The translations under genes and the position numbers were made by a program. DNA of 64,000 nt. Source: Candidatus Woesearchaeota archaeon. Its GTDB lineage: Archaea; Nanobdellota; Nanobdellia; Woesearchaeales; JAAOYA01. Shown in pieces: positions 19,281 through 27,896 of the stretch; position 1 is the first letter of the stretch; the number at the start of each line of letters is the position of its first letter. Below the pieces are notes generated by a model, which was not told where the DNA came from, did no database searches, and saw only the letters and a list, made by a program, of their open reading frames with translations. The stretch spans positions 192,648 to 256,647 of the forward strand of contig JAAOYA010000008.1 of the NCBI GenBank assembly GCA_018221105.1. The letters are read 5' to 3'.

Positions 19281-20662
19281 CGAATACTATAACTGCTTCT
19301 CATTTTTATGATTATGTTCAATGTCCTTACAGAGTTTACCTGGATATTTTCGCAGACGAAAAAGAAAAGGTTGAGATTTCTGAGTTCATGCTCAAAAAAA
19401 TGGAAGATGGCGTATTTCACGAAAAAGATGTTATTAAAGATGAAGACTTCTTAGAAATAGAAGCATTAACTCTTGAGGAAGGCTTTAAAGAAACAGTTAA
19501 AGCTATGAAGAATGGTGACGAGCTTATTTATCAGGGTGTTTTATTGAATGATGACTTTATTGGAAAACCTGACTTACTAATAAAAAAAGAAGGAAAATCA
19601 AAATTTGGAAACTATTTTTATGTACCTGCTGATATTAAATCAGGAAAGAGACTTAAGGATGAGTATATCATGCAAGTAATGTTTTATTGCGAGTTATTAA
19701 ATTTTATACAAGATAACTTTCCAAAAAAAGGAATTGTAATTAACATTGAAAAAGAAGAACTTGAGTTTAACACAGTTGAATATAAAGAACAGTATGAGCA
19801 GATGTTAACCGCTATTAAACAAATAGTTAATGGAAAAAAAGAAGAGCCAGTTTATTGTTCAGATTGTAATGAGTGTGTCTGGCAAGAACTTTGTTTTAAA
19901 GAACTAGAACAAAAACAAGATGTTTCATTATTGTATAGGCTTGGACGTTCTGTTAAAAATAAACTCATTCCTTTAGGCATTAATAATCTAACAGATTTAA
20001 GAAAATCTGATACTGCTAAATTATTAGAAGTTAAAGGAATAGGCGAGAAATCAGTTAAGAAATGGAAATTAATGGCTGAAGCAATACAAGAAAAGAAAAT
20101 GTTTGTTATCGAAAAACCATCTCTTCAAAATAAAAAAGTTGAAATATTTTTTGACATAGAAGGTGAGCCTGAATTAGATATTGATTATTTGTATGGTTGT
20201 TTGATTAGAATTGATGGTAAAGAAGAATTCAAATATTTCTGGGCTGAAAAACCCTCTGATGAGGGTAAAATGTGGAAGTTGTTCTGTGAATTCATTGATT
20301 CTTGTAATGATGATCTTGCTATTTATCATTATGCTTCGTATGAAAAAACCGCATTAAAAAAGATGAAAGAACGATACGGATGCACAGAAAAAACATTCGA
20401 CAAAATAATCAATAACCTGGTAGATTTATTTCCAGTGGTAACCAATTCTGTCGTCTTACCCGTATATTCTTATTCGTTAAAACCCATTGCTAAATGGTTA
20501 GACTTTAAGTGGAAAGATTCAAAAGCAGGAGGCGCGCAATCTATGTTCTGGTACTCTCGCTATTTAGACGGCGAAACTGATTTTAAACAAACAATAATCG
20601 ATTACAATAAAGACGATGTTATTGCCACAAGAATCCTAAAAGATTGGTTAATAAATTTATAA
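19277..20662 (+). CDS. TM0106-family RecB/Cas4-like nuclease with HhH and RNase H-like (DEDD) domain
   Basis: QCPY and CSDCNECVWQELC (Fe-S-type Cys), GKPDLL..ADIK..Q..FY, GIGEKS, FFDIEG...YSLKPIA...YNKDDV. Confidence 0.88.
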   Translation: MTNTITASHFYDYVQCPYRVYLDIFADEKEKVEISEFMLKKMEDGVFHEKDVIKDEDFLEIEALTLEEGFKETVKAMKNGDELIYQGVLLNDDFIGKPDLLIKKEGKSKFGNYFYVPADIKSGKRLKDEYIMQVMFYCELLNFIQDNFPKKGIVINIEKEELEFNTVEYKEQYEQMLTAIKQIVNGKKEEPVYCSDCNECVWQELCFKELEQKQDVSLLYRLGRSVKNKLIPLGINNLTDLRKSDTAKLLEVKGIGEKSVKKWKLMAEAIQEKKMFVIEKPSLQNKKVEIFFDIEGEPELDIDYLYGCLIRIDGKEEFKYFWAEKPSDEGKMWKLFCEFIDSCNDDLAIYHYASYEKTALKKMKERYGCTEKTFDKIINNLVDLFPVVTNSVVLPVYSYSLKPIAKWLDFKWKDSKAGGAQSMFWYSRYLDGETDFKQTIIDYNKDDVIATRILKDWLINL

Positions 20663-20726
20663 TTTCTCACTGGTCACTGGACATTCACGACTAAAGTTTA
20701 TATATCAATAATGCTTTATAAGTCCG

Positions 20727-21401
20727 ATGTCAGAGTATATAGTTCGTTATGCTGCTTCAAAAAAATTGTATCCTAAAGAGATATTGATATTTGCTTTAGA
20801 CTATTACAAATCATTAGAGTCAGGAGAAGATGATTTTTCAAGGAAGCTAATATATTTTTATAAGTATGGTAATAATCTTGATTATTTCTTAGAGAATCTT
20901 CTTCAATTATTTACGCTAAGATTCAAAGACGACGCAATTAAATTTGATTTAGTAACAATATATCCCACTCATAAAAAAGATTCATTAAACCTTAATATGA
21001 TTTCATTGATAGAATCATTTAGCAAAAACTCAGGTTTACAATACAATCAAATTATTAGAAGAATAAAAACAATAAAATCAAACCATGAATGTAAGTCATT
21101 TGAGGAAAGAAAAGAGAATGTTAAAGACTCTATCGAAATAACTGGAGATGTCAAAGGGAAAAATATTATTCTAGTCGATAATACTTCCACCACAGGAATA
21201 TCTTTAATTGATGCCACAAATCTATTATATGAAAAAGGAGTAAATATGGTTGTTTGTGTCTGTCTTGGCTTAAGTGAAAAAGAAAAGGAAAAAGATTGGA
21301 AAGATATTAACAAAACTTTAAAATACTCAAAAATCCTAACATTTTGTAAAAGCCCGTTTATTTCGGAAGAAGAGCGTAAAAAATGGAAGATGAAAAAATA
21401 A
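20727..21401 (+). CDS. ComF-like phosphoribosyltransferase
   Basis: YPTH, ERKENVKDS, KGKNIILVDNTSTTGISL (PRPP loop variant); own TATA-like aaagtttatata at about 20693. Confidence 0.8.
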   Translation: MSEYIVRYAASKKLYPKEILIFALDYYKSLESGEDDFSRKLIYFYKYGNNLDYFLENLLQLFTLRFKDDAIKFDLVTIYPTHKKDSLNLNMISLIESFSKNSGLQYNQIIRRIKTIKSNHECKSFEERKENVKDSIEITGDVKGKNIILVDNTSTTGISLIDATNLLYEKGVNMVVCVCLGLSEKEKEKDWKDINKTLKYSKILTFCKSPFISEEERKKWKMKK

Positions 21402-22258
21402 TAAAACTAATCTCGCTAAAGGAAGTTAAAGGGTATGGTAATAAAAAAGTTCTTGAAATAGTTTCAAACTATAAAAATTTGGATACTGTATTTCTTTCTC
21501 TTTTAAACAAGGGCGTTATTAGAAAAGAACATGTAGAAAAAGCCAAAGAAATTATGAAGCAGTGTAAAAATTCAGAAATAGAGATAATAACTTATTTTGA
21601 TAAAAAATATCCTCAAAAACTAAAACAAATGAATATTCCTCCAATATTATTGTTTGCTAAAGGAGATACAAGTTTATTAAACAAAATTTCAATTTCGATT
21701 GTTGGTACAAGAAAGTCATCTCAAAAAAGCATTGAGTGGGCATATAATATGTCCAAAAAATTATCAGAGGAAGGATATATTGTTGTTAGTGGTGGAGCTA
21801 TAGGAATAGACATCTCAGCGCATAAGGGTATACTTAATTCAAAAGGAAAAACGATTTGTGTTTTAGGCTCTGGAATAAATAATATTTATCCAAAAGAAAA
21901 TGAAAAAACAATTAATATAATAATGAAAGAAGGTCTTGTTATTTCTGAGTGCCCGCCTAAAAATAATCCTAATGAGTTCTCTCTTCTTGAAAGAAATAGG
22001 ATTACATCAGGTCTTGGAGATAATATTATAATAGTTTCTATGGACACTAAAGGAGGAACTATTTCCCAATACAAAACCGCGAGAATTCAAAAAAAGAAGA
22101 TATTTTGTCCGCATCCTTCTCTTAACTTAGAGCCAAATGAAGGCATAAAAAAAATACTAGCAACGGATAATAATATAAAACTAATTAAAGACATTCACGA
22201 AATAAAAAATTATTTATTATCTAGAAATAATCAGAAGATTCTTGAAAATTTTGTATGA
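21383..22258 (+). CDS. dprA: DprA/Smf (SLOG) family protein
   Basis: YPQKLK...PPILLFAKG, IVGTR, VVSGGAIGIDISAH, VLGSG, ERNRITSGL, GGT. Confidence 0.9.
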   Translation: MEDEKIIKLISLKEVKGYGNKKVLEIVSNYKNLDTVFLSLLNKGVIRKEHVEKAKEIMKQCKNSEIEIITYFDKKYPQKLKQMNIPPILLFAKGDTSLLNKISISIVGTRKSSQKSIEWAYNMSKKLSEEGYIVVSGGAIGIDISAHKGILNSKGKTICVLGSGINNIYPKENEKTINIIMKEGLVISECPPKNNPNEFSLLERNRITSGLGDNIIIVSMDTKGGTISQYKTARIQKKKIFCPHPSLNLEPNEGIKKILATDNNIKLIKDIHEIKNYLLSRNNQKILENFV

Positions 22259-22388
22259 ATTAAAATTTGAAGCAAATAATCTTTATACAACCATTACAAA
22301 TGATCTATATTAAGTTTGGAACTCAAAAAGAGTCTAATAATGAAACAACAAAGATTTTTAAAAGGGTTTGTGCTCCACCAATAACTGT

Positions 22389-22517
22389 TTAGCTTATTGC
22401 TCTAAACAACAAAAATAATAGTAGCACAAAAATTAGTGTTGCTTCTGTCATTAAAGAATAAATTTTCTTTTTTTTACTGTTGTCATTGCCACTCCAGCGC
22501 TTGTCATAATTGATCAT
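22389..22517 (-). CDS. putative 42 aa single-TM protein
   Basis: MINYDKRWSGNDNSKKKKIYSLMTEATLIFVLLLFLLFRAIS*, 25 nt downstream of pfkB. Confidence 0.4.
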   Translation of the reverse strand: MINYDKRWSGNDNSKKKKIYSLMTEATLIFVLLLFLLFRAIS

Positions 22518-22542
22518 TGGCCAGGGTAATTAGAAGTTGTTT

Positions 22543-23529
22543 TTATACTTTTTGTTTTGTTATGCGAACGCCTTTTTTCATAGCAGTACTAATATTTTTT
22601 GTTGTTAACAGTCCGTTTTTTGCTCCTTTTTGTGTTATTGCAGCTTCAGCATTTGACAGTCCTTTATTTAGTGCTATTGACAAATCGCCGGTTTTAATCA
22701 ATCCTGATAAAAATCCTGCTCCAAAAGCATCTCCTGCACCTGTAGTCTCAACTATTTTTAAGTGTTGGCGAGGCCAAATAGTGTGAATTGATCTGCCATT
22801 AAATGCGTAAGCTGGTTTTGCAGCGTCAGTTATTACTACTATGTCAGCTCCAAGACCATGCAATACTATTAATTGTTCTTTTACATTATTTTTTTTGCTT
22901 ATAAGATGTGCTTCTTGTCTATTAAGGACTAAAAGATTAGTGCGTGAAAGTATTGGTTTTAAGTATGCTTTGCCTTTTGCCGCTAAATAGTTTGAAGGAT
23001 TGAAAGCAATGTTGATACCATTATTTTCTGCGTGTTTTGCTAGTTGACAAATTGTTTTATAGGTTTGTCCAATACTACTAGTAAAATAATACCAGTAAGC
23101 GTCAAGGTTTTTAATGTTAAGTTCTGTTAGTTTCAATTCTTTTGATGCCCCTTTGTAAAGTAATATTGTTCTATCGCGCATAATACTATCAAGAACTACT
23201 GCATAATCTGTCGCTGTTTTGCCTTGAGTGCCTAAAAACTTTATTTTTTCAGTTTTTAACTCGTACAATATTTTTTGTGCTTTCAAATCATTGCCAAGTT
23301 TTCCAGCGTATCCGACCTTGTGGCCAAGTCTTGAAAGTGCTACTGCAATATTGTTTGCGCTACCACCAGTATGTTCTGCTTGCTGTTCAATTAAAATTTT
23401 TGCTCCAAGAGGATAATGTAAGTAACATTTGCCATTGTGAGAATGATCTTTTTGACAAAAATTTTTTTGGTTTTCAGTGCTAATAAAAGTATCAACTGTC
23501 GCGCTGCCAAAAGTAATAATTTCAAACAT
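22543..23529 (-). CDS. PfkB family carbohydrate kinase
   Basis: GSATVD, GGSANNIAVALSRLG, NRQEA, ETTGAGDAFGAGF. Confidence 0.92.
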   Translation of the reverse strand: MFEIITFGSATVDTFISTENQKNFCQKDHSHNGKCYLHYPLGAKILIEQQAEHTGGSANNIAVALSRLGHKVGYAGKLGNDLKAQKILYELKTEKIKFLGTQGKTATDYAVVLDSIMRDRTILLYKGASKELKLTELNIKNLDAYWYYFTSSIGQTYKTICQLAKHAENNGINIAFNPSNYLAAKGKAYLKPILSRTNLLVLNRQEAHLISKKNNVKEQLIVLHGLGADIVVITDAAKPAYAFNGRSIHTIWPRQHLKIVETTGAGDAFGAGFLSGLIKTGDLSIALNKGLSNAEAAITQKGAKNGLLTTKNISTAMKKGVRITKQKV

Positions 23530-23561
23530 AATAGTTTAAGAGAGAAGTTGGTATTTAAACT

Positions 23562-24569
23562 TTATCCAATACTATCTAATATATTGTGTGCGTTAGTGGA
23601 GCGCTCTAATTGTTCTATAATACTTTTTTGTTCTTTTGCCTTTGCTAAAATGCTTGTTTTGTATAATTCTTTTTGTCTGTTTGTAACACGTGCTAGTTTA
23701 TCGACAAATACTAAGCCATAAGGATAACCTAGAAATGCTGGGTCGCTTGAATTAATTGCCAGAGTGTTTGCAATACTTTCAATATTTTGGCTGAAAGTTT
23801 CAATTTTGAAGATGTAATTGCTTTTTTTGTGCAATCGCGAAAAAAAGATTATTGGATTTTCTTCGATTTTAGCATTTATTTTTGCTGTTGGGTGATAATA
23901 CCACGCGCTAGGCTCTTGTGATAGTATAAAAGAAGCGCTTCGGCCACTGTCAGTAAACAATGTGTTAGTTTTGCAAAAGCCCACAAGTTGAGTATTTTGC
24001 TCTTTGGCTTTTTGATGTAATTTTACAATTTTTTCTTTCTCGCCATTAAATGTTGGTTTTAGTGAGCCGTCAAGCACTAATAGTCCTCCGTTGACTTTTT
24101 CAATATTTCTTGTTGCATAATCGATTTCTGCAAATCGTCGCAGCATGTCAGCCACTGTATTAATGCTTGCTTGCTCCTGACCTTTTTTTATTGTAGAATC
24201 GTAAGAGTCAATACTAAAGGGTTGAAAACTATCATCAAATGATTGTGCGACAAATCTGGTTTTTCCATCTTCGATTTTTGTTGTTATCAAAGCAAAAAAT
24301 TCCTTTTTTTCGAAAAAAACTCTTTTATCTCCAAGGTATCCCACAATACAAAGTCTTATTAGTTGAGCGCAAAAATTTGATCCTTCAATAATTGACGCGT
24401 TTCCTCCGTCGACAAAAAAAGTTTTTGTATTGCTGTTTTGGTTTTTTATTGGTTGAAAATATTTTTTATTAAATGGTACTGGAATATAATCTGGATTATT
24501 AAAAAGTATTTTTTGACCCTCAATACCAACTTGTTGTTTTGTTAACTCGGCCACTATTTTTTCAAACAT
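23562..24569 (-). CDS. nurA: NurA-family nuclease
   Basis: FVDGG, RRFAE, LVLDGSL, GYPYGL..VDKLARV. Confidence 0.82.
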   Translation of the reverse strand: MFEKIVAELTKQQVGIEGQKILFNNPDYIPVPFNKKYFQPIKNQNSNTKTFFVDGGNASIIEGSNFCAQLIRLCIVGYLGDKRVFFEKKEFFALITTKIEDGKTRFVAQSFDDSFQPFSIDSYDSTIKKGQEQASINTVADMLRRFAEIDYATRNIEKVNGGLLVLDGSLKPTFNGEKEKIVKLHQKAKEQNTQLVGFCKTNTLFTDSGRSASFILSQEPSAWYYHPTAKINAKIEENPIIFFSRLHKKSNYIFKIETFSQNIESIANTLAINSSDPAFLGYPYGLVFVDKLARVTNRQKELYKTSILAKAKEQKSIIEQLERSTNAHNILDSIG

Positions 24570-24603
24570 GACACTAGAATTTTATTGTTATTTATGAATT
24601 TTT

Positions 24604-25530
24604 TCAAAAGTATAAAAGCACTAGAAAAAACGCGTAAATTGCTAAAAACATTATTCCGTGCCATCTTTTTATTTGACGCATAAAAAATACTGTCATAAAT
24701 AAAAGTGTTGACAATAATAAAAAGGGTATTCCAATAGTAATCATTACGGGCTCCACTGTTAATGGTTTGAAAAGTCCTGCAACGCCAACAACCAATAAAG
24801 TGTTAAAAATATTCGATCCAACAATATTGCCAACAGCTAAAGCTTGATTTTTTTGCAGTATAGCATTAATTGTTACTGTAAGCTCTGGAAGACTAGTGCC
24901 TATTGCAATTGAGCTTACCGCCACTATTGCTTGGCTGATGCCTAAAGCTGTTGAAATGCTAGTGATAGCTTTTACCACTAGTTCTGCGCTAAAATATAAT
25001 ACTAGTATGCTAAGGCCAAGAGTCAAAAAATATTTTGCTTTTAGTGGTTTTAGTTCTTTGTCTTTTTCTATTTCGCGAACTTTTCTTTGATCATAATACA
25101 AATAAACAATCAATAATGATAAACTAATAATAACTTCTAATAATGAAATTTTTGTATCCAACATGAAAACACTCAATAAAAGTGCTGAACTTGCAAAGAA
25201 AAAAATATCAATAGAATAATTTTTTGATTGTACAGTCAAAGTTTTTGCAACTATTGCACTAATACCAAGTATCAATAAAATATTTGCAATGTTAGAACCG
25301 ATAACAGTTCCTACTACAATGCTTGTTTGATTTCGAAGTGTTGAAACAAGACCAACTATTAATTCTGGAGTGCTAGTGCCAAGAGCCACTATTGTAAGAC
25401 CTATAATGAATTGTGGCATTCTAAGAGCTTTGCCTATTTGCTTGCTTGAATCAGTAAATATCACACTACTTTTTATCAAAAAGAAAAGTCCGACAATCAA
25501 AAGAGCCAAATATAACAGTAATTCTGCCAT
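24604..25530 (-). CDS. Ca2+/Na+ antiporter (YrbG/NCX family)
   Basis: Two alpha repeats: GTSTPE...GSNIAN and GTSLPE...GSNIFN. Confidence 0.93.
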   Translation of the reverse strand: MAELLLYLALLIVGLFFLIKSSVIFTDSSKQIGKALRMPQFIIGLTIVALGTSTPELIVGLVSTLRNQTSIVVGTVIGSNIANILLILGISAIVAKTLTVQSKNYSIDIFFFASSALLLSVFMLDTKISLLEVIISLSLLIVYLYYDQRKVREIEKDKELKPLKAKYFLTLGLSILVLYFSAELVVKAITSISTALGISQAIVAVSSIAIGTSLPELTVTINAILQKNQALAVGNIVGSNIFNTLLVVGVAGLFKPLTVEPVMITIGIPFLLLSTLLFMTVFFMRQIKRWHGIMFLAIYAFFLVLLYF

Positions 25531-25609
25531 ATTACACGTTTAGGCTCATGGATATTTAAGTTTATGCCCTTGACAAAGTTTTTTAAATAATGGCTTACCT
25601 CTTGCTATT

Positions 25610-27850
25610 ATGAGTTATGAATTACTAATTACTGAAAAGCCAAGTGCTGCACAAAAAATTGCTACAGCGCTAGCAGACACTAAACCAACCAGAAAAGGTG
25701 ATAAAGGAGTCTATTATTATGAATTAAAACATAATAAAAAAAATCTTATTGTAACTTGTGCTGTTGGTCACTTGTATACTGTTGCAGAAAAGAACAAGTC
25801 AAAAGGTTGGACTTATCCTGTTTTTGAAACTGAATGGTTAGAAAGCTCAAAAGCCAATAAGGCAAGCGCTTTTACAGCAAAATATTTGAATACCATAAAA
25901 AAACTTGCAAAAAACGCTAGTTCTTTTATTGTCGCTACAGACTATGATATTGAAGGTGAAGTAATAGGTTATAACGTAATAAAATATGCTTGCAAGCAAA
26001 AAGATGCAAAAAGAATGAAGTATTCTACTTTAACAAAAGACGAGCTTATTAGTTCTTTTGAAAATGTTTCAAAACATTTAATTTGGGGTCAAGTACATGC
26101 TGGTGTGACACGCCACGAACTTGACTGGATTTATGGCATTAATCTTTCTCGTGCTCTTTCACAATCAATAAAAGCTGGTGGTGGAGGATTTAAGATTTTA
26201 AGTAGTGGTCGTGTTCAAGGACCTGCACTTAAAATAATTGTTGATAAAGAAAAAGATATTAAGGCTTTTATTCCAACTCCTTACTGGCAGATTCCTCTTG
26301 AGGGCGAAAGAGTTAAAGAAAATTTTGTTGCAATGCACCAAACTGAAAAATTTGAAGATCAAAAAATTGCAAAAAAAGTTTATGATGCTGTAAAAAATCA
26401 AAAGACTGCTGATGTTGCAAACATTAAAAAGAATCAGTTTAAACAAAATCCTCCAACACCATTTGACCTTACATCATTACAATTAGAAGCTCACAGAACT
26501 TTAGGTATTGCGCCAAAGCAAACGTTAGATATCGCGCAAAAATTGTATATTGATGGTTTAATTTCTTATCCTAGAACATCATCGCAAAAACTTCCGCAAA
26601 GCTTGGGTTTTAAAAAGATTTTAGAAAAGCTTTCAAAGCAAGCTGAGTTCAAAAAAGAAACTGCTAAACTTTTAGCGCTACCTGCACTAAAACCTAATGA
26701 AGGCAAAAAAATTGATGACGCCCACCCTGCAATTTATCCTACTGGCCAAGCAAAAAAATTAGATGGTCGTGACAATTCAATGTACGAGCTTATTGTTAGA
26801 AGGTTCTTTGCAGTATTTGGCGAGCCAGCAACTCGTGAAACAATGACTGTGACATTAGATGTTAAAAAAGAACCTTTTATTGTCAAAGGCACTAGAACTA
26901 TTGATCCTGGATGGCACGAGTATTATGGTCGTTTTGTACAACAAAAAGATGAAGAATTGCCAGGTTTTGTTGAAGGTGAAAGTGTTACTGTTAACAAAAT
27001 TTCTTTTGATAAAAAAATGACTAAGCCACCGAACCGTTATACTGCGGCTTCAATTATCAAAGAATTAGAGAAAAGAAATCTTGGAACAAAAGCCACAAGA
27101 GCTCAAATTGTAGAAAATTTATATGATAGAGGTTATGTAAATGATAAGTCTATTGAAGCTACAGAACTCGGAATTAAAACTTATGATATTTTAGTAAAAT
27201 ATAGTCCAGAAATACTTGATGAAAAACTAACAAGACATTTTGAAGATGAAATGGAACTTATAAAAAAAGAAAAATCAACTCCTACAAAAGTTCTTGATCA
27301 CGCAAAAGAAGTTCTGACCAAAGTATTGAAAGATTTTAAGGCTAAAGAAAAAGAAATTGGCAAAGAATTAGCCGCCGCTAATAAAGAAACTATTAATGAA
27401 GCCACTAATCTTGGAAAGTGCCCAGAGTGCAAAAAAGGTGATTTGCAAATTAGAAGAGGAAAATTTGGAAATTTTGTTGCTTGCAACAAATACCCTGATT
27501 GTAAAACAACTTATGGTTTGCCTGGTGGCGCAAAGTTTAGACCTGCAAAGAAAATGTGTGAGGAGTGCAGTCTTCCAATGATTGTTGCTATGAGAGCTAG
27601 AAAAAAACCAATGGAGCTTTGTATTAATCCTAAGTGTCCTTCTAGAGAGCCTACTGATCCTGAAGTTTTAAAAGAAGAACGAGAGCTAGAAAAAAAGATT
27701 GTTGAAAAAGAATGTCCAAAGTGTGGTGAGCCATTAATTGTTAGAAGCAGTTTGTATGGTAAATTTTTAGGTTGTAGTAAATTTCCAAAATGTCGCCATA
27801 CTGAACGATTGCAGGATGGCCCTCTAAAAGAGGACTTTAAAAAGAAATAG
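25610..27850 (+). CDS. topA: DNA topoisomerase IA with C-terminal zinc ribbons
   Basis: ITEKPS, ATDYDIEGE, SSGRVQ, ISYPRT (catalytic Tyr), DAHPAI, LGTKATR, CPEC/CPKC ribbons. Confidence 0.96.
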   Translation: MSYELLITEKPSAAQKIATALADTKPTRKGDKGVYYYELKHNKKNLIVTCAVGHLYTVAEKNKSKGWTYPVFETEWLESSKANKASAFTAKYLNTIKKLAKNASSFIVATDYDIEGEVIGYNVIKYACKQKDAKRMKYSTLTKDELISSFENVSKHLIWGQVHAGVTRHELDWIYGINLSRALSQSIKAGGGGFKILSSGRVQGPALKIIVDKEKDIKAFIPTPYWQIPLEGERVKENFVAMHQTEKFEDQKIAKKVYDAVKNQKTADVANIKKNQFKQNPPTPFDLTSLQLEAHRTLGIAPKQTLDIAQKLYIDGLISYPRTSSQKLPQSLGFKKILEKLSKQAEFKKETAKLLALPALKPNEGKKIDDAHPAIYPTGQAKKLDGRDNSMYELIVRRFFAVFGEPATRETMTVTLDVKKEPFIVKGTRTIDPGWHEYYGRFVQQKDEELPGFVEGESVTVNKISFDKKMTKPPNRYTAASIIKELEKRNLGTKATRAQIVENLYDRGYVNDKSIEATELGIKTYDILVKYSPEILDEKLTRHFEDEMELIKKEKSTPTKVLDHAKEVLTKVLKDFKAKEKEIGKELAAANKETINEATNLGKCPECKKGDLQIRRGKFGNFVACNKYPDCKTTYGLPGGAKFRPAKKMCEECSLPMIVAMRARKKPMELCINPKCPSREPTDPEVLKEERELEKKIVEKECPKCGEPLIVRSSLYGKFLGCSKFPKCRHTERLQDGPLKEDFKKK

Positions 27851-27896
27851 GTATTCTCGAGAAAAGCTTAATATATAGTTAAAAATTTTCTTATTG

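Larger units (their letters stand above)
16300..22375. other. putative horizontally acquired defence island (RM IIG, nuclease, PRTase, DprA)
   Basis: Four + strand DNA-processing genes sit between the - strand metabolic genes fba and pfkB; no integrase or transposase seen. Confidence 0.6.

Noticed and set aside
19277..20662. Possible CRISPR-associated Cas4
   Set aside because: No repeat-spacer array or cas1/cas2 seen; the extra HhH and DEDD domains fit the TM0106 family.
16300..22375. Calling the island a prophage, transposon or integrative element
   Set aside because: No integrase, transposase, tRNA target or perfect terminal repeats are visible.
22300..22392. 30-codon + strand ORF after dprA (MIYIKFGTQ...)
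   Set aside because: Too short, no recognisable motif, and it runs across the border motif; it could be a remnant but I cannot support that.
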